A DNA stretch of 64,000 bases from an uncultured Fibrobacteria bacterium (GTDB taxonomy: Bacteria > Fibrobacterota > Fibrobacteria > UBA11236). Position numbers and translations under genes: made by a program. Below, one piece after another: positions 12,441 to 23,193 of this stretch. The notes beneath the pieces were generated by a model that saw nothing but the letters and a program-made list of their open reading frames with translations, made no database searches and was not told where the DNA came from. The DNA is taken from contig OY970309.1 in NCBI GenBank assembly GCA_963716395.1, forward strand, positions 416,001 through 480,000, read 5' to 3'. How positions within the stretch are numbered: the first letter of the stretch is position 1; every line of letters starts with the position of its first letter.

Positions 12441-13511
12441 ATGAAAATCCTCTTTATCAAATACGCAGCCATCGGCGATGTCCTAAATGCAACGCCAGCC
12501 ATTCGAGGATTAAGACATAAATTTCCTTTCGCACAAATTGACTGCCTCGTAGGACAGTGGTCAGCTCCTGTCCTACAACACAATACCAATATCAGCAACA
12601 TTATTGCCTTCGATGAAAAAATTTTTACGCCTAAACGAATCAAGGAAATGCTGGCCTTGGCCTTTCGATTGCGGAAAGAAAAGTATGACATTAGCATCTG
12701 CTTACATCGTAGCATGATGATACATGCTTGGACCTGGCTTATAGGGGCAAAACGCCGAATTGGGTTTATCAATAATAAGGCTGCTTCCGTTTTTTTGACG
12801 AATTTCCTCGTCGAAGATTCGTATTCCAAGTCCCGTCAACATGAAATATTGTACTACAACGAGGTTATTGCTCCTTTGGGGACCAATTCCGGGGTGGAAA
12901 TGGAATACTTTCTTCCCGAACCAACTGCAAATGCGAAAGCATTCGTTGCTACCAATTTCACCCTTTCTACGAGAAAAAAAGTTGGGATGTGTGCCGGCGG
13001 TGCGAGAAACCTGGTATTGACGGAATCGCGACGACAATGGTTTTTGGACTCCTACCAAGAAGTAATCCGTGATATGCCGGACTGCGATTTTGTTTTGTTT
13101 GGCGCTGATTTCGATCGGTATACTGTCGAAGCTATGCAGAAACAAGGTTTAAAAAATGTCATTGATGCTGTAGGTTCCTTTTTACTTTCCGATACAGCCT
13201 ATTTGATAGGGAAATGTGACGTGTTTATTACTCATGACACGGGTTTAATGCACGTCGCCTCCGCAATGAAAGTGCCCCAAGTTGTGATTTTCGGTCCGAC
13301 TTCTCCAACACGCCGGGCGCCTCTTAACGAAAACACGCTACTTCTTTATACGCACGAAGCGTGTTCCCCTTGCTATCGACCAACTGAAAACACGTTCGCC
13401 CCATGCAATCACATCAATTGCCTTCGGAAAATAAAGCCCGACATGGTAGTAGATGCGCTACGAAGAGCCTTATCCGGGGCTTTGGACCGCCAAGAGCGTG
13501 ATCACAGGTAG
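12441..13511 (+). CDS. Glycosyltransferase family 9 (heptosyltransferase-like)
   Basis: IKYAAIGDV, THDTGLMHVASA, IFGPT, C-terminal CSPC...C...C cluster. Confidence 0.9.
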   Translation: MKILFIKYAAIGDVLNATPAIRGLRHKFPFAQIDCLVGQWSAPVLQHNTNISNIIAFDEKIFTPKRIKEMLALAFRLRKEKYDISICLHRSMMIHAWTWLIGAKRRIGFINNKAASVFLTNFLVEDSYSKSRQHEILYYNEVIAPLGTNSGVEMEYFLPEPTANAKAFVATNFTLSTRKKVGMCAGGARNLVLTESRRQWFLDSYQEVIRDMPDCDFVLFGADFDRYTVEAMQKQGLKNVIDAVGSFLLSDTAYLIGKCDVFITHDTGLMHVASAMKVPQVVIFGPTSPTRRAPLNENTLLLYTHEACSPCYRPTENTFAPCNHINCLRKIKPDMVVDALRRALSGALDRQERDHR

Positions 13512-14036
13512 GCTCCTCCGAATGAACTACCCGCAGCGCATTCCGGCTTCGATGGTCAAGGTATCGAGACAGAAACGATGAATACCGCGATACGAAATGT
13601 CTTCAGGATCGCGACTCTCTTTGGCACGCCCGTTTCAGCGAGTGAACTCTTTCGCCATAGGCGGAGACCGAGGAGGGAAGAACATCGCTCCTACGACTAT
13701 GCCGCACCCGCCTATGGTGGACGTGGTATAGTACCTGTGAGGGCAAATGAGGCCTCAGACATCAACCGCCCAATGCTAAATGATAAAGAGCGAAAAACCT
13801 ATTTATCTGTAAATTATGTTTGAAAACCGCACACTTCTTTTGAAAAAAGATTCGCCAAGAGCCGGACGCCATACGAGTCATTTTGCAAATATCAATTATT
13901 AGAAGTTAATCAAACTAAATAGCAATATGTTTTATTACTTATTCGAATGCTTGTCCCCTTTGATAATTCGATATAAATATTGGCTGACTAACTGGAAATT
14001 ATTATCGAATAATACAGACGCGTCCTCTTCCGTTAG

Positions 14037-14079
14037 TTTACACATCGAACCCATAATTTACACATCGAACCCATAATTT
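14037..14079. repeat. Perfect tandem duplication of a 20-bp unit
   Basis: TTTACACATCGAACCCATAA at 14037-14056 and 14057-14076, followed by TTT. Confidence 0.95.
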
Positions 14080-14095
14080 TGTAAATGGAATAGTT

Positions 14096-15193
14096 ATGCA
14101 AGAAAGAGGAAATTGGAAGCTACGGGCCTTGGACCGTTATATGGGTATTCCACTGATCGTGCTGTTAGGATTGCTCAAAAGAAAACACCTTTCCCCGCCC
14201 CGAATTGTCCGATCGGTAGCCATTCTTGAAATCGCAGCCATCGGAGACACTTTATTACTGGCGTCCATCATTCACGATCTGAAATCGAATTTTCCAGGTG
14301 TCCGACTCGTTATTTTCGTCGCCGCTAACAACATTCAAGCGGGGCGGATGCTGGAAGAGGTGGATTCCTTAGTGCTTTTGAATATTAAAAACCCGTTGAC
14401 TTCCATCACTACAATTCGTGCACAAGGTCCTTTTGATCTCTGGTTTGATTTCGGTCAATGGCCGCGGATCAATTCGCTTCTAACTTATGGTTCCCTAGCG
14501 AATTTTAAAATCGGTTTCAAAACCGCGGGACAATTTCGCCATTTTATCTACGATTGCGCCGTCGAACATTCTCGACGTGTACATGAAATTGAAAACTATC
14601 GCAGTTTACTCAAATCTTTGAATTTAATCGTGAATAGTGAGCCTCGATTGAAGGTAAGTCCGAAACAAGAAACCAACACTGTTATCGTTCATATGTTTCC
14701 GGGAGGAAGCAAACCCTACCTTAAGGAGTGGCCTGAGAAAAACTGGAAAACTATCATCAATTTTATTACGGGACTTGGACTTCAAGTTTTTCTGACGGGG
14801 ATTTCTTCAGACAAATTCCGGGCAGAAGCGCTTCGGGCCCAATGTCAAGATTCAAACAGCGTCGTGGTTTTGGCTGGGAGCATGTCGCTCGAAGAATGCA
14901 GCGAATTGATACAAAGAGCGAAGTTGGTGATTAGCGTTAATACAGGTATCATGCATTTGGCCGCACTGCTGCAACGAAATCTCATCGCCTTGAATGGACC
15001 GACCTCTGCAAAGCGATGGGGACCGTTAAATCCAAATTCCATTGCAATTCAAAGCGATATCTCCTGCTCCCCGTGCTTGAATCTTGGGTTCGAATATGGT
15101 TGCAATCAAAATCTCTGCATGCAAAAAATCAGTTCGGAGACCGTAATTGAAGCGATCTCCAAATTTTTACCCACCAGCTGTCTGTCTCAATAA
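14096..15193 (+). CDS. Glycosyltransferase family 9
   Basis: AAIGDTLL, KEWP, SVNTGIMHLAA, LNGPT, CSPCLNLGFEYGC. Confidence 0.9.
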   Translation: MQERGNWKLRALDRYMGIPLIVLLGLLKRKHLSPPRIVRSVAILEIAAIGDTLLLASIIHDLKSNFPGVRLVIFVAANNIQAGRMLEEVDSLVLLNIKNPLTSITTIRAQGPFDLWFDFGQWPRINSLLTYGSLANFKIGFKTAGQFRHFIYDCAVEHSRRVHEIENYRSLLKSLNLIVNSEPRLKVSPKQETNTVIVHMFPGGSKPYLKEWPEKNWKTIINFITGLGLQVFLTGISSDKFRAEALRAQCQDSNSVVVLAGSMSLEECSELIQRAKLVISVNTGIMHLAALLQRNLIALNGPTSAKRWGPLNPNSIAIQSDISCSPCLNLGFEYGCNQNLCMQKISSETVIEAISKFLPTSCLSQ

Positions 15194-15219
15194 CTCTTGG
15201 AAAAGGATCGAAAACTATT

Positions 15220-16205
15220 GTGAATCGAAAAATTGCCGTCGTCACTGGGGGATCCGGTTTCATCGGAGGGTTTTTAATCCGCGATTTTCTGAGGCAATCC
15301 CAATTTGATTTCATTTATAACCTCGATCTTCACGAAAAGATTTTTGAGGACACGCGGGTAATATTTTGCCGGACGGATGTCCGGCAACCCATTGAGTGCC
15401 AATTGAATGAATTTGATAAATCCGAAAGCTGGATTTTCAACTTGGCGGCATTATGCCGGGAACCAGGATCGGAACCTCACGCCTACTTCGACACTAATGT
15501 AGGCGGCGCAGAATCGGTGACCGAGTTTGCCGAGAAAAACGGGTTTCGGAATATTTTTTTTACCAGTACGATGTCTTCATACGGAAGAATGGAAAAACCA
15601 ACGTCTGAGGCGACACGGCAATATCCCGAGACACCTTATGGAATTTCCAAGGCCATCGCCGAAAAAATCCATCAAATCTGGCTGGTAAAGGAGAAAGATA
15701 GGCGCCTAATCATTTGTCGCCCCAGTGTGATTTTTGGGCCGGGAGATATTGAAAATGTTCCGCGTTTGATTCGGAGTTATAAAAAAAAGATGTTTTGTTT
15801 TCCCTGGAAATCCGGATATTATTAAAAGGCTACGGATATGTCTATGGCATTGTTGAAAGCATTCAGTTCGTACTAAACATTTCGGACAATCGGATAATTT
15901 ACAATTATGCTGAACGGGACTGCGTGTCACTCCGCAAAATGGTTCAAACCATTCAGGTTTTTTTGGGAATAAAGGCTATAACATTTCGTATCCCTATGAG
16001 CCTTTTAGTATTTATTTCTTATTTACTATTATTAATTAGTGTAATTACCAGAAAACGATTTGCGATTCACCCGGTTCGCTTACGTAAGCTGACATTTCCT
16101 ACCAATCTTAAGCCACAGTATCTATTAGACAAGGGCTTTTATTTTAAATACCCGTTAGAAAAAGCTCTTATCCACTGGAGGAGCGTGGCGCCCGAGGATC
16201 TATGA
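15220..16205 (+). CDS. NAD-dependent epimerase/dehydratase (split by two apparent +1 indels at ~15803 and ~15825)
   Basis: VTGGSGFIG, NLAA, YGISK (YxxxK), RPSVIFGPG. Removing two homopolymer bases gives continuous FCFPGNPDIIKGYGYVYG. Confidence 0.85.
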
Positions 16206-17481
16206 TATCTTCTCCACCATGATAATCAATGTCATTACTTAAAAACTTAGCGATCATTAGAAAAAAAAACCATGGGTAGGCAAAATGAAATTGGACTCCG
16301 CAAATTTGTTGTAGAAGAGGAACAAAAAAAAGGAATTTCATTTGATTATGCTTTTTCGATACGGATCGATAAAAACAATAATAGGAACCCAATAAAACCG
16401 CTAATCCAATTAGCCCCCCTTCCAGAACCAAATCAATTATGCCTAAACCGGGAAGATCCCACCCCACCTTTGGGAACGAGCCACGGTATTTAGGGTTATT
16501 TCTTACCAACGAATAATTACCCAAACCCACACCTAAAAATGGTCTATCGATAAATATCTTTGGCGCTATAAACGTTGCCGCAACTCTGCCATATGCGACA
16601 CTGCCGTTGTTTGGATTAATTAAATACGATTCGTCAGCGATTTTTTCTAAAGTGTTATAATATCCTAAAAACCCGCCCAGAAACGATCGGTTTATATATA
16701 AAAAACCAAATAGTATACCTACACTAATTGTAGATACAAGGAGTATTTTTTTTAAACTCATAGATCTTATTGAATAAATACCCAAAAGCATGAAGGCACA
16801 AACCAAAGAAGCTTTAGACAGGGAAAGTATCAGAGCCGCCGAAAGGATCAGAATTTTATACCAAGCCATCTTTTCACCATAAAAACGCATCATTATTGCC
16901 AAGCTTATTGAGGTTATTAATGATAACCCATAAGGGCCACCTTCATTAAATAACCCCCTAGCACGTAATAATCCAATTGGCCTCCCTGACGACACCAAGT
17001 AATTCGCCGAATCATATACAAAAGGAGTCAGGGAGCCAGTAACTCTCCCAATCAAGTACGAGAAAATGGTGGCAATTGCGATCCAATAAGAGATGTCAAT
17101 ATATCGGAAAATCACCCATCGTGCAGCGCGCCTTTCTTTCAGTAGCAACCAGATATAATTAAAGGAAAAAAATATTAAACTAAATTGCATTAGCCGAGCT
17201 AAAGAAATTATTAATGGTCTTTTCAGAAACCCGATTCCGACAGGCGGAAAGAAATGTATTTGAAAGAAAATTCCACATGAAGACATTAAGAAATAAAGTA
17301 TCAATGGTAAAAAAAGGATCAGCGGATCTTTGGCCAATAAACCTTTAAACCTTAAAATCAAATAGGGCAGTAAAGCCATGGAAATGCCTTCAAATAGCTG
17401 AATATCAGAAACCCGAAGATTTGGAGTCTGTAAACTGAAAAGAATACCACAAATAATTAATCTGTCAAAAAAAAATGGCAT
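16168..17481 (-). CDS. O-antigen polymerase/ligase (Wzy/WaaL-like) membrane protein
   Basis: About 10 hydrophobic segments, RARGLFNEGG, SLSKAS, PFLGVGLGNY. Confidence 0.75.
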   Translation of the reverse strand: MPFFFDRLIICGILFSLQTPNLRVSDIQLFEGISMALLPYLILRFKGLLAKDPLILFLPLILYFLMSSCGIFFQIHFFPPVGIGFLKRPLIISLARLMQFSLIFFSFNYIWLLLKERRAARWVIFRYIDISYWIAIATIFSYLIGRVTGSLTPFVYDSANYLVSSGRPIGLLRARGLFNEGGPYGLSLITSISLAIMMRFYGEKMAWYKILILSAALILSLSKASLVCAFMLLGIYSIRSMSLKKILLVSTISVGILFGFLYINRSFLGGFLGYYNTLEKIADESYLINPNNGSVAYGRVAATFIAPKIFIDRPFLGVGLGNYSLVRNNPKYRGSFPKVGWDLPGLGIIDLVLEGGLIGLAVLLGSYYCFYRSVSKKHNQMKFLFFVPLLQQICGVQFHFAYPWFFFLMIAKFLSNDIDYHGGEDIIDPRAPRSSSG

Positions 17482-17942
17482 ATAAGAGCAACCGTTTCAT
17501 AAAAAAGTTGGACGAAAAGACTAGAATAATACCGGATTTATTGTCACTTATGTGTTTGAGTTTAATTATAACACGATTGGGTTCCCAATTCGAGGTTAAT
17601 ATCTCTCCACACTCGGCCGGTAAGACGTTCCCGATGGGTTGGGGAAACTTTCTATTCTTGAATAAATCTAGCCACTTAAAAATTGTGCATTCACCTCTTC
17701 AAATTTTCTTACCTAACAAGCCCTAAACGCCAATCCATAGGTAAGCTTTGATACTCGAACCCGAGAAGCGTTGAGGATCAGGCGACATGAAGCGGCGATA
17801 TTGAAGAAAATATCGCGCTGGAGCACGACACCCATTCCAGACCTTGCACCCGAGGCACTACACCAAATGCCATTTATAGCCGTACCTTAACTCAAATTTA
17901 GTATTTTTCAACGCAAGTTTTTAAATTTTAGAAAGGTAGTTT

Positions 17943-18925
17943 GTGTCAATAATTGCAAGAAATGAATCTCCGGGTATTTATGTAACCGAAATCATTGCTG
18001 TTTCATGGCGTCGGCGAAAATTAATATTTACCTGTATTTCTCTGTTTTTAATCGCGGGCATCTACTTAGCTCATAAAAGCAAGCCCGAATTTACCGCGAC
18101 TTCAAAGTTTATTTGCCAAGGGACGAGGCCTCGAACTGCCAATATAGGCGCATTAGCTTCTCTTGCCGGCATCCAGACTTCAATTAATAGTTCACCCGAT
18201 CCATCTTCTTACCTACCTGACATTGTCGATGACGATGAATTTTTAGAACAGCTTATTAAGAAAAATTGGATTTATCAACACGACACACTTCCCCTGGCAA
18301 AAATCTGGGGATTGCGGCCGGATACTACGTCGCCAAATTGGCATTACGTTTTTCTTAAGACGTGCGTTTCAGTTTTACAATCGCATGAACATATTGATCT
18401 ATCCTTAGAAAAAGAAAATGGGGTTTTTGTTTTAAAAACAAAATTCCGAAGATTCCTAACCTTGCATTTCAAATTAATGAATCAATTCTTCAACTGCTCA
18501 CCGATTATTTGAGCAACACTCTGCTCACTAAGGCAAAGGAGAAACGAATTTTTATTGAAGAACGTCTTAAGGAGATTGAAAACGAATTAAGGAACGATGA
18601 GGATCGCATAGTATTTTTTAAGCAAAATAATCGCGACATTTCTTCCCCAGCTTTATTAGTCGAATCCGAACGTTTAGAAAGGGCGGAACAGATAGATCAA
18701 GAACTATACTTGCAGTTAAAAAAAGAATATGAGATGGCCAAAATAGATGAACAAGATGATACGCCCCTACTCAGCATCATTTCAAAACCATCAATTCCAA
18801 TTGTTAAGGCCCCGAGTAAAAGCAAATATTATATACCCATCGGTTTGGTAACCGGTTTACTCGTTGGTGTTTTATGGGCAATTGGTCTTGGTTTTTATCG
18901 CAAAGAATTCACAAATGCTATCTAA
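17943..18925 (+). CDS. Polysaccharide chain-length determinant (Wzz/GNVR-like); two apparent +1 indels at ~18446 and ~18453
   Basis: N-terminal TM, ALASLAG, coiled coil, IISKPSIP and C-terminal TM. The corrected junction reads KTKFEDPNLAFQINESILQLLTDYLSN. Confidence 0.8.
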
Positions 18926-19030
18926 TTGAAGAGGCCCTAAACTAACTACTCTGCCATGATAAATAAACAACACGGGCATAGCACGTGGTTGTAGAGAGCC
19001 CCCTAATCATCCTGTTTTCAAATGCTGACT

Positions 19031-19930
19031 TTAGAATCCGACTTTTAGCTTGGATTTCATTTGCCGATAGACTAACTGGAGGCGATTGAGGATGGGGGTT
19101 TTCTTAATCCTAATTGATAGGAGGATTTTCATGATATCCAAGTGAAAAATAACCTTGAGGAATCCGGAATAAACCCCGTACTTACGGGCAATAGCCTCAA
19201 TCTCGTATTTGCCGACGTGCCAATCCATGTCGCTGGCGCCCCCTCCCCGCATCTCAACCCACTGCTCCCTAACATGCATGAAACGCACCCCACTCAGGAA
19301 AAACCGCAACACCAACTCGTAATCTCCGGAAATGCGATACCCTTCCGCGAAATCTCCCATTCGGCGGTACACATCCGACCTAACAAACATAGTGGGATGC
19401 CACACAGGCATCCTCCAGAACTTCGATTTGACAAGGCGTCTCGCAGAGCGGAGGTACCTGGAAGGGCGGTCCTCATACACCATACGGAGGTCCGCATAGA
19501 ACACTTCGACCTCGGGATATCGTGATGCCAGTTCTGCTACTCGCATTATGACCCCATCCAGATAGAAGTCATCGGCATTGAGGATCCCTACCCATCGGCC
19601 ACCTGCCATTCTGACACCCTTGTTCATGGCATCATAAATCCCATTGTCGCGTTCTGATACCCAACAGGAGATCCCGCTGCTTTCCCTGAGAATGTCGAAG
19701 GTTCCGTCCTGGGATCCCCCGTCGACGACAATGTATTCGAGGCTGGGATAACCCTGCGTCTGTACACTTTCGATGGTGCATACCAGGGTTTTCTTAGCGT
19801 TGTAGGTCGGGGTTACAACGCTAATCATGGGAATCTCGGTTTTAGCCGTAGTCTGAGAAACGCGCGTCTCATCCCCGATCTTTTTGTTCCTTATCAAACG
19901 GCCATATTCTTCCGGAATCGAAGCTGTCAT
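19031..19930 (-). CDS. Glycosyltransferase family 2 (WcaE/WfgS-like)
   Basis: ISVVTPTYN, VVDGGSQDGT, SERDNGIYDAMNKG, LNADD. The start may be near 19828. Confidence 0.92.
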   Translation of the reverse strand: MTASIPEEYGRLIRNKKIGDETRVSQTTAKTEIPMISVVTPTYNAKKTLVCTIESVQTQGYPSLEYIVVDGGSQDGTFDILRESSGISCWVSERDNGIYDAMNKGVRMAGGRWVGILNADDFYLDGVIMRVAELASRYPEVEVFYADLRMVYEDRPSRYLRSARRLVKSKFWRMPVWHPTMFVRSDVYRRMGDFAEGYRISGDYELVLRFFLSGVRFMHVREQWVEMRGGGASDMDWHVGKYEIEAIARKYGVYSGFLKVIFHLDIMKILLSIRIKKTPILNRLQLVYRQMKSKLKVGF

Positions 19931-19950
19931 GAGAAATAGAAAAATAGATA

Positions 19951-20280
19951 AACCTCGCGAGGTACTTCGGGCTCACCTCCCGCCGATGCTGCGTACAAGC
20001 GCGCGCCAGTTTGCATGCACAGCAATGCCGATACCAGTTCGGAACCCAAGGGTTACCCTGCTCTTCGGCTGGTGGCCATAGTGAAGTCGAAAGAAACGAT
20101 ACCGACTTTACTCTCGTCATGTTTGCGGCAGACAGACCGAAGGGACCGCCGAATGTTGAGCAAGCCTTGTCATCTGTCGCTCAGGAAGAGGAACACGAAT
20201 GGAGCGGAGAAGGGGAGAGCGAAGACGTGAATTGGCCGGGGTGGCAACGATCGAAAATGAGGGTTTGATCTTGCCTATAC
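19951..20280 (+). mobile_element. Degraded 3' end of an IS91/ISCR-like rolling-circle element
   Basis: Peptide traces NLARYFGLTSRR and LRLVAIVKSKETIPTLL...PKGPPNV. It ends in GGGTTTGATCTTGCCTATAC, which resembles the ISCR oriIS consensus (GCGTTTGAACTTCCTATAC, recalled from the literature). Confidence 0.55.
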
Positions 20281-20329
20281 ACCGGCTATATTTCTAAAAT
20301 AAGTGCATTAGAATGGTGCGCTATAAATA

Positions 20330-20854
20330 ATTAATTTGTCTTGAAATGAATCGTACCAATAATGTTTTTCTTTTCAAAACAAGGTTTCCAGACCCCGAAA
20401 TGGATCGTGGTGTTAAGATTTTATTATTAACATGATCAATGATTTTACGCACAGAGTCCTGGCCACAAATCCTAAAGATAATCGCATTTTTATAGAGCAG
20501 CGAGTGAAGGAAATGGCGGTCAAGCTTCAAAATGATAAGAATGCCCTAGTTGAACTCAAAGCGAAAAAGAAGGAAGTGGCACCACCGAAGCTTATCATGA
20601 ATGAATCCAGAATACAATGAGAGCTTCACCTTAACGAGGAAGTCTACCTTTAACTGCGGAAAGATCTCGAAATGGCGAAGATTAAAGAAAGTAACGACCG
20701 TCCACTAATTGAGGTAATTTCCAAGCCGGTGATACCCGCCAAACGGAAACCGAACAAGAAAATTTTTATTCTCCCCTCTGGAATAGTCATAGGCCTAGTT
20801 ACGGATTTCTTGTTGGCATTTTTGCAGAGTTGGAGCAAAGGGATTCTTTCCTGA
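20330..20854 (+). pseudogene. Truncated, decayed second copy of a Wzz/GNVR chain-length determinant
   Basis: RIFIEQRVKE...*ELHLNEEVYL*LRKDLEMAKIKESNDRPLIEVISKP aligns by eye to RIFIEERLKE...QELYLQLKKEYEMAKIDEQDDTPLLSIISKP of 17943-18925. In-frame stops at 20618 and 20651; the N-terminal half is missing. Confidence 0.8.
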
Positions 20855-20863
20855 AACCAAACA

Positions 20864-22048
20864 ATGATTCCTGCGACAGACCGGCTACCTTCCCCCCTTG
20901 TAGGCTCATATTTAGTTCAAAATCGAAGAAGCAATCGAATTTTAAAAACAATAGACGCGATTCTTCGGATTTTTTTTCGGCCCGGCGCGGCCGTTTCTCT
21001 TTCCCGAAATCCTAAGCGCCTTCTGCTCTGCAATGGCGCGCACCTTGGAGACGTTCTCATTTCCACTGCGTTGCTTCCGATACTACGCGAAAATTTTCCT
21101 GGTGCTGAAATCGCTTTTTTGGCGGGTTCCTGGGCCCGTTCTATTTTAGAAGGTAACCAGATTCTGAATCGCGTTCATGTAATGGATCATTGGTTTCACA
21201 ACCGCGTGGACAAGTCGGTAAAGACTCGTCTGGCTCGACATCTAAGAACTTCGATAATCGCACTTATGGAAATCCGGAAGGCCCGGTACGATGTAGCAAT
21301 TGACTTATACTACCACTTTGGAAATTCCATTCCGTTAATTTGGCGTGCCGGAATACCAGCACGAATCGGTTATGCTACTGGGGGCTTCGGGCCACTTTTG
21401 ACACACCGTGCAGAATGGCGATACGCAGACCGCCATGTCCTTGATTACCAGCTTGATCTGTTACGTATGCTCCCTATTGGTTTCGTAGAGTCATCCGGTT
21501 TGTGTTATTCCCTTCCGCAGTTCAATGGTGAAGTGATCAATTCTGGAAAGGTTGCTTCGAGACCTTACGTCGTTTTTCATATGGGGACCGGTTTGGCTCT
21601 CAAGGAATGGCCACCAGAAAATTGGAGAAGCCTTGCGGAGCACTTTGGGAAGAGCGATTTACCCATCGATTTCACCGGATTGGGCGCCCGCGAGGAGGCA
21701 TTAGCCGAAACGGTAGTTAGGAATTTAAAAGGTTGTCGGAATTTATGTAACAAGCTGGATTGGAGAGGTTTTGTAAGTGCAATCCGTGGTGCCAGCTTGG
21801 TTGTCTGCTCGGACTCCCTGGCCGCTCACATCGCTGCGGCTTTTGAGCGTCCTTCTATCGTATTTTCCACAGGAATCAACAACCCCAACCATTGGAGGCC
21901 GTTATCGAGTTATTCACAGGTTCTGGTAAATTCGGTTCCCTGCATGCCTTGTTTTTCCAAAAGTGGATGCGAGGGCATGGAGTGCATTCGGAAAATTACA
22001 GTAAGCGAAGTGTATATGCGGGCGTTAGCCATGTTGAACAGGGATTGA
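20864..22048 (+). CDS. Glycosyltransferase family 9
   Basis: AHLGDVLI, LKEWP, CSDSLAAHIAAA, CMPCF...C...C. Confidence 0.88.
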   Translation: MIPATDRLPSPLVGSYLVQNRRSNRILKTIDAILRIFFRPGAAVSLSRNPKRLLLCNGAHLGDVLISTALLPILRENFPGAEIAFLAGSWARSILEGNQILNRVHVMDHWFHNRVDKSVKTRLARHLRTSIIALMEIRKARYDVAIDLYYHFGNSIPLIWRAGIPARIGYATGGFGPLLTHRAEWRYADRHVLDYQLDLLRMLPIGFVESSGLCYSLPQFNGEVINSGKVASRPYVVFHMGTGLALKEWPPENWRSLAEHFGKSDLPIDFTGLGAREEALAETVVRNLKGCRNLCNKLDWRGFVSAIRGASLVVCSDSLAAHIAAAFERPSIVFSTGINNPNHWRPLSSYSQVLVNSVPCMPCFSKSGCEGMECIRKITVSEVYMRALAMLNRD

Positions 22049-22163
22049 ACGGCGAATGGAAATCTTGATGATCGGCCATCACCCGTTTGGATCCGAAAAT
22101 AAGGAATGATACCACCAAGTATATTTTTGAACGCCTGCGGTTCCCGTCAGATATAGGAGGAGA

Positions 22164-23159
22164 TTAATAAAGTTCGGATTGGCTTTTGATGATCGGACCG
22201 CCTTTATATTTTGAACGCAGATAAAAGAAAACGTCCTTCGGGATCCTTGCCTTGACGATTTCCTTCAAACTCTTAATCGGCACGTCGATTTCCTTGCAAT
22301 AATGAAAGGTGGGATCGAAGGTATTAATCCAATTTTGTGTCTCGTTTAGTTCCGAAATATACGGCTTGTAGTAGTATTCAATCGCCTCTTTCGGAAGTTT
22401 ATAAGAAAGAGAAAGCATGTAGTCTTGACTGTAGAGTCTTGAAAACTGATGAAAATGGAAAAATATTGTCGGCATTCCATTCACTGTGACCAAGTCGTCT
22501 TTCCGGCCCAGCAAATATTGATTCACGTTCCACGGTGCGACTCCGGCGCCAAGATGTTCGATTGCCTTAACGCCTTTGAACTTATTCTCCCAGTGATCCA
22601 GGCAGAGCTGCCCCGGAAAGAATTCCGGTTTATTTCGGTCATAGCGATAGCACTCTTTTTTCCAATAATTCAAAACTTCGTGCGAAGCAGCGTCGTTCCG
22701 GAACAGGTTGAATTGTACGCAAAAACGTCCACTAATCAGTGTCTGATCGTATTTCCTGGAATATCGGTGCGGCACAAGCGTAACAGAGCCATTCCCCAAT
22801 TCCTGATACAGCGGATCGGCGCTTCCGAAAAACATTGAGTCCGCCTCCAGGTATGTGATCACATCCAAATGGTGGACATTCAACAAATGCAAGCAAATAA
22901 GCGGTTGACTTGTCCAGCAAAGCTGACCATGTGTCATTCTAGATTTGATTTTTGAAATTTCTGTTTGATCGAGCGCATCGAAGGCGATCGGCACCAGACT
23001 TTTGGAGGCGATTGTTTCGAGCAAAATTACGGATTCTGAATCCATGCACAAGCAATAAAGGCAGAAATCCTTTTCGTGCCTTTCGAGGGAGCGAAACAAA
23101 GTGAGAGCCTGCAACAGATAATTTTTGTCGAAAATGGTGCAGTAATTCTTGGTAGACAC
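22164..23159 (-). CDS. Putative glycosyltransferase (GT-A fold)
   Basis: YCTIFDKNYL, YLEAD (DxD-like), GAGVAPWN, FFHFH. GTG start with GAGGAG RBS. Confidence 0.65.
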   Translation of the reverse strand: MSTKNYCTIFDKNYLLQALTLFRSLERHEKDFCLYCLCMDSESVILLETIASKSLVPIAFDALDQTEISKIKSRMTHGQLCWTSQPLICLHLLNVHHLDVITYLEADSMFFGSADPLYQELGNGSVTLVPHRYSRKYDQTLISGRFCVQFNLFRNDAASHEVLNYWKKECYRYDRNKPEFFPGQLCLDHWENKFKGVKAIEHLGAGVAPWNVNQYLLGRKDDLVTVNGMPTIFFHFHQFSRLYSQDYMLSLSYKLPKEAIEYYYKPYISELNETQNWINTFDPTFHYCKEIDVPIKSLKEIVKARIPKDVFFYLRSKYKGGPIIKSQSELY

Positions 23160-23193
23160 GTTAGTTGCTCCTCTGAACGCAATACGGAAGGAA

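Noticed and set aside
13522-13823. 81-aa ORF and a GAACTACCCGCAGC stretch reminiscent of IS200/IS605-associated ends
   Set aside because: No recognisable protein motif and the palindrome is incomplete; too weak to call.
17560-17640. Minus-strand peptide GRVWRDINLELG resembling an asparagine synthase C-terminus
   Set aside because: The match is only about 12 residues and surrounded by stops; it may be chance.
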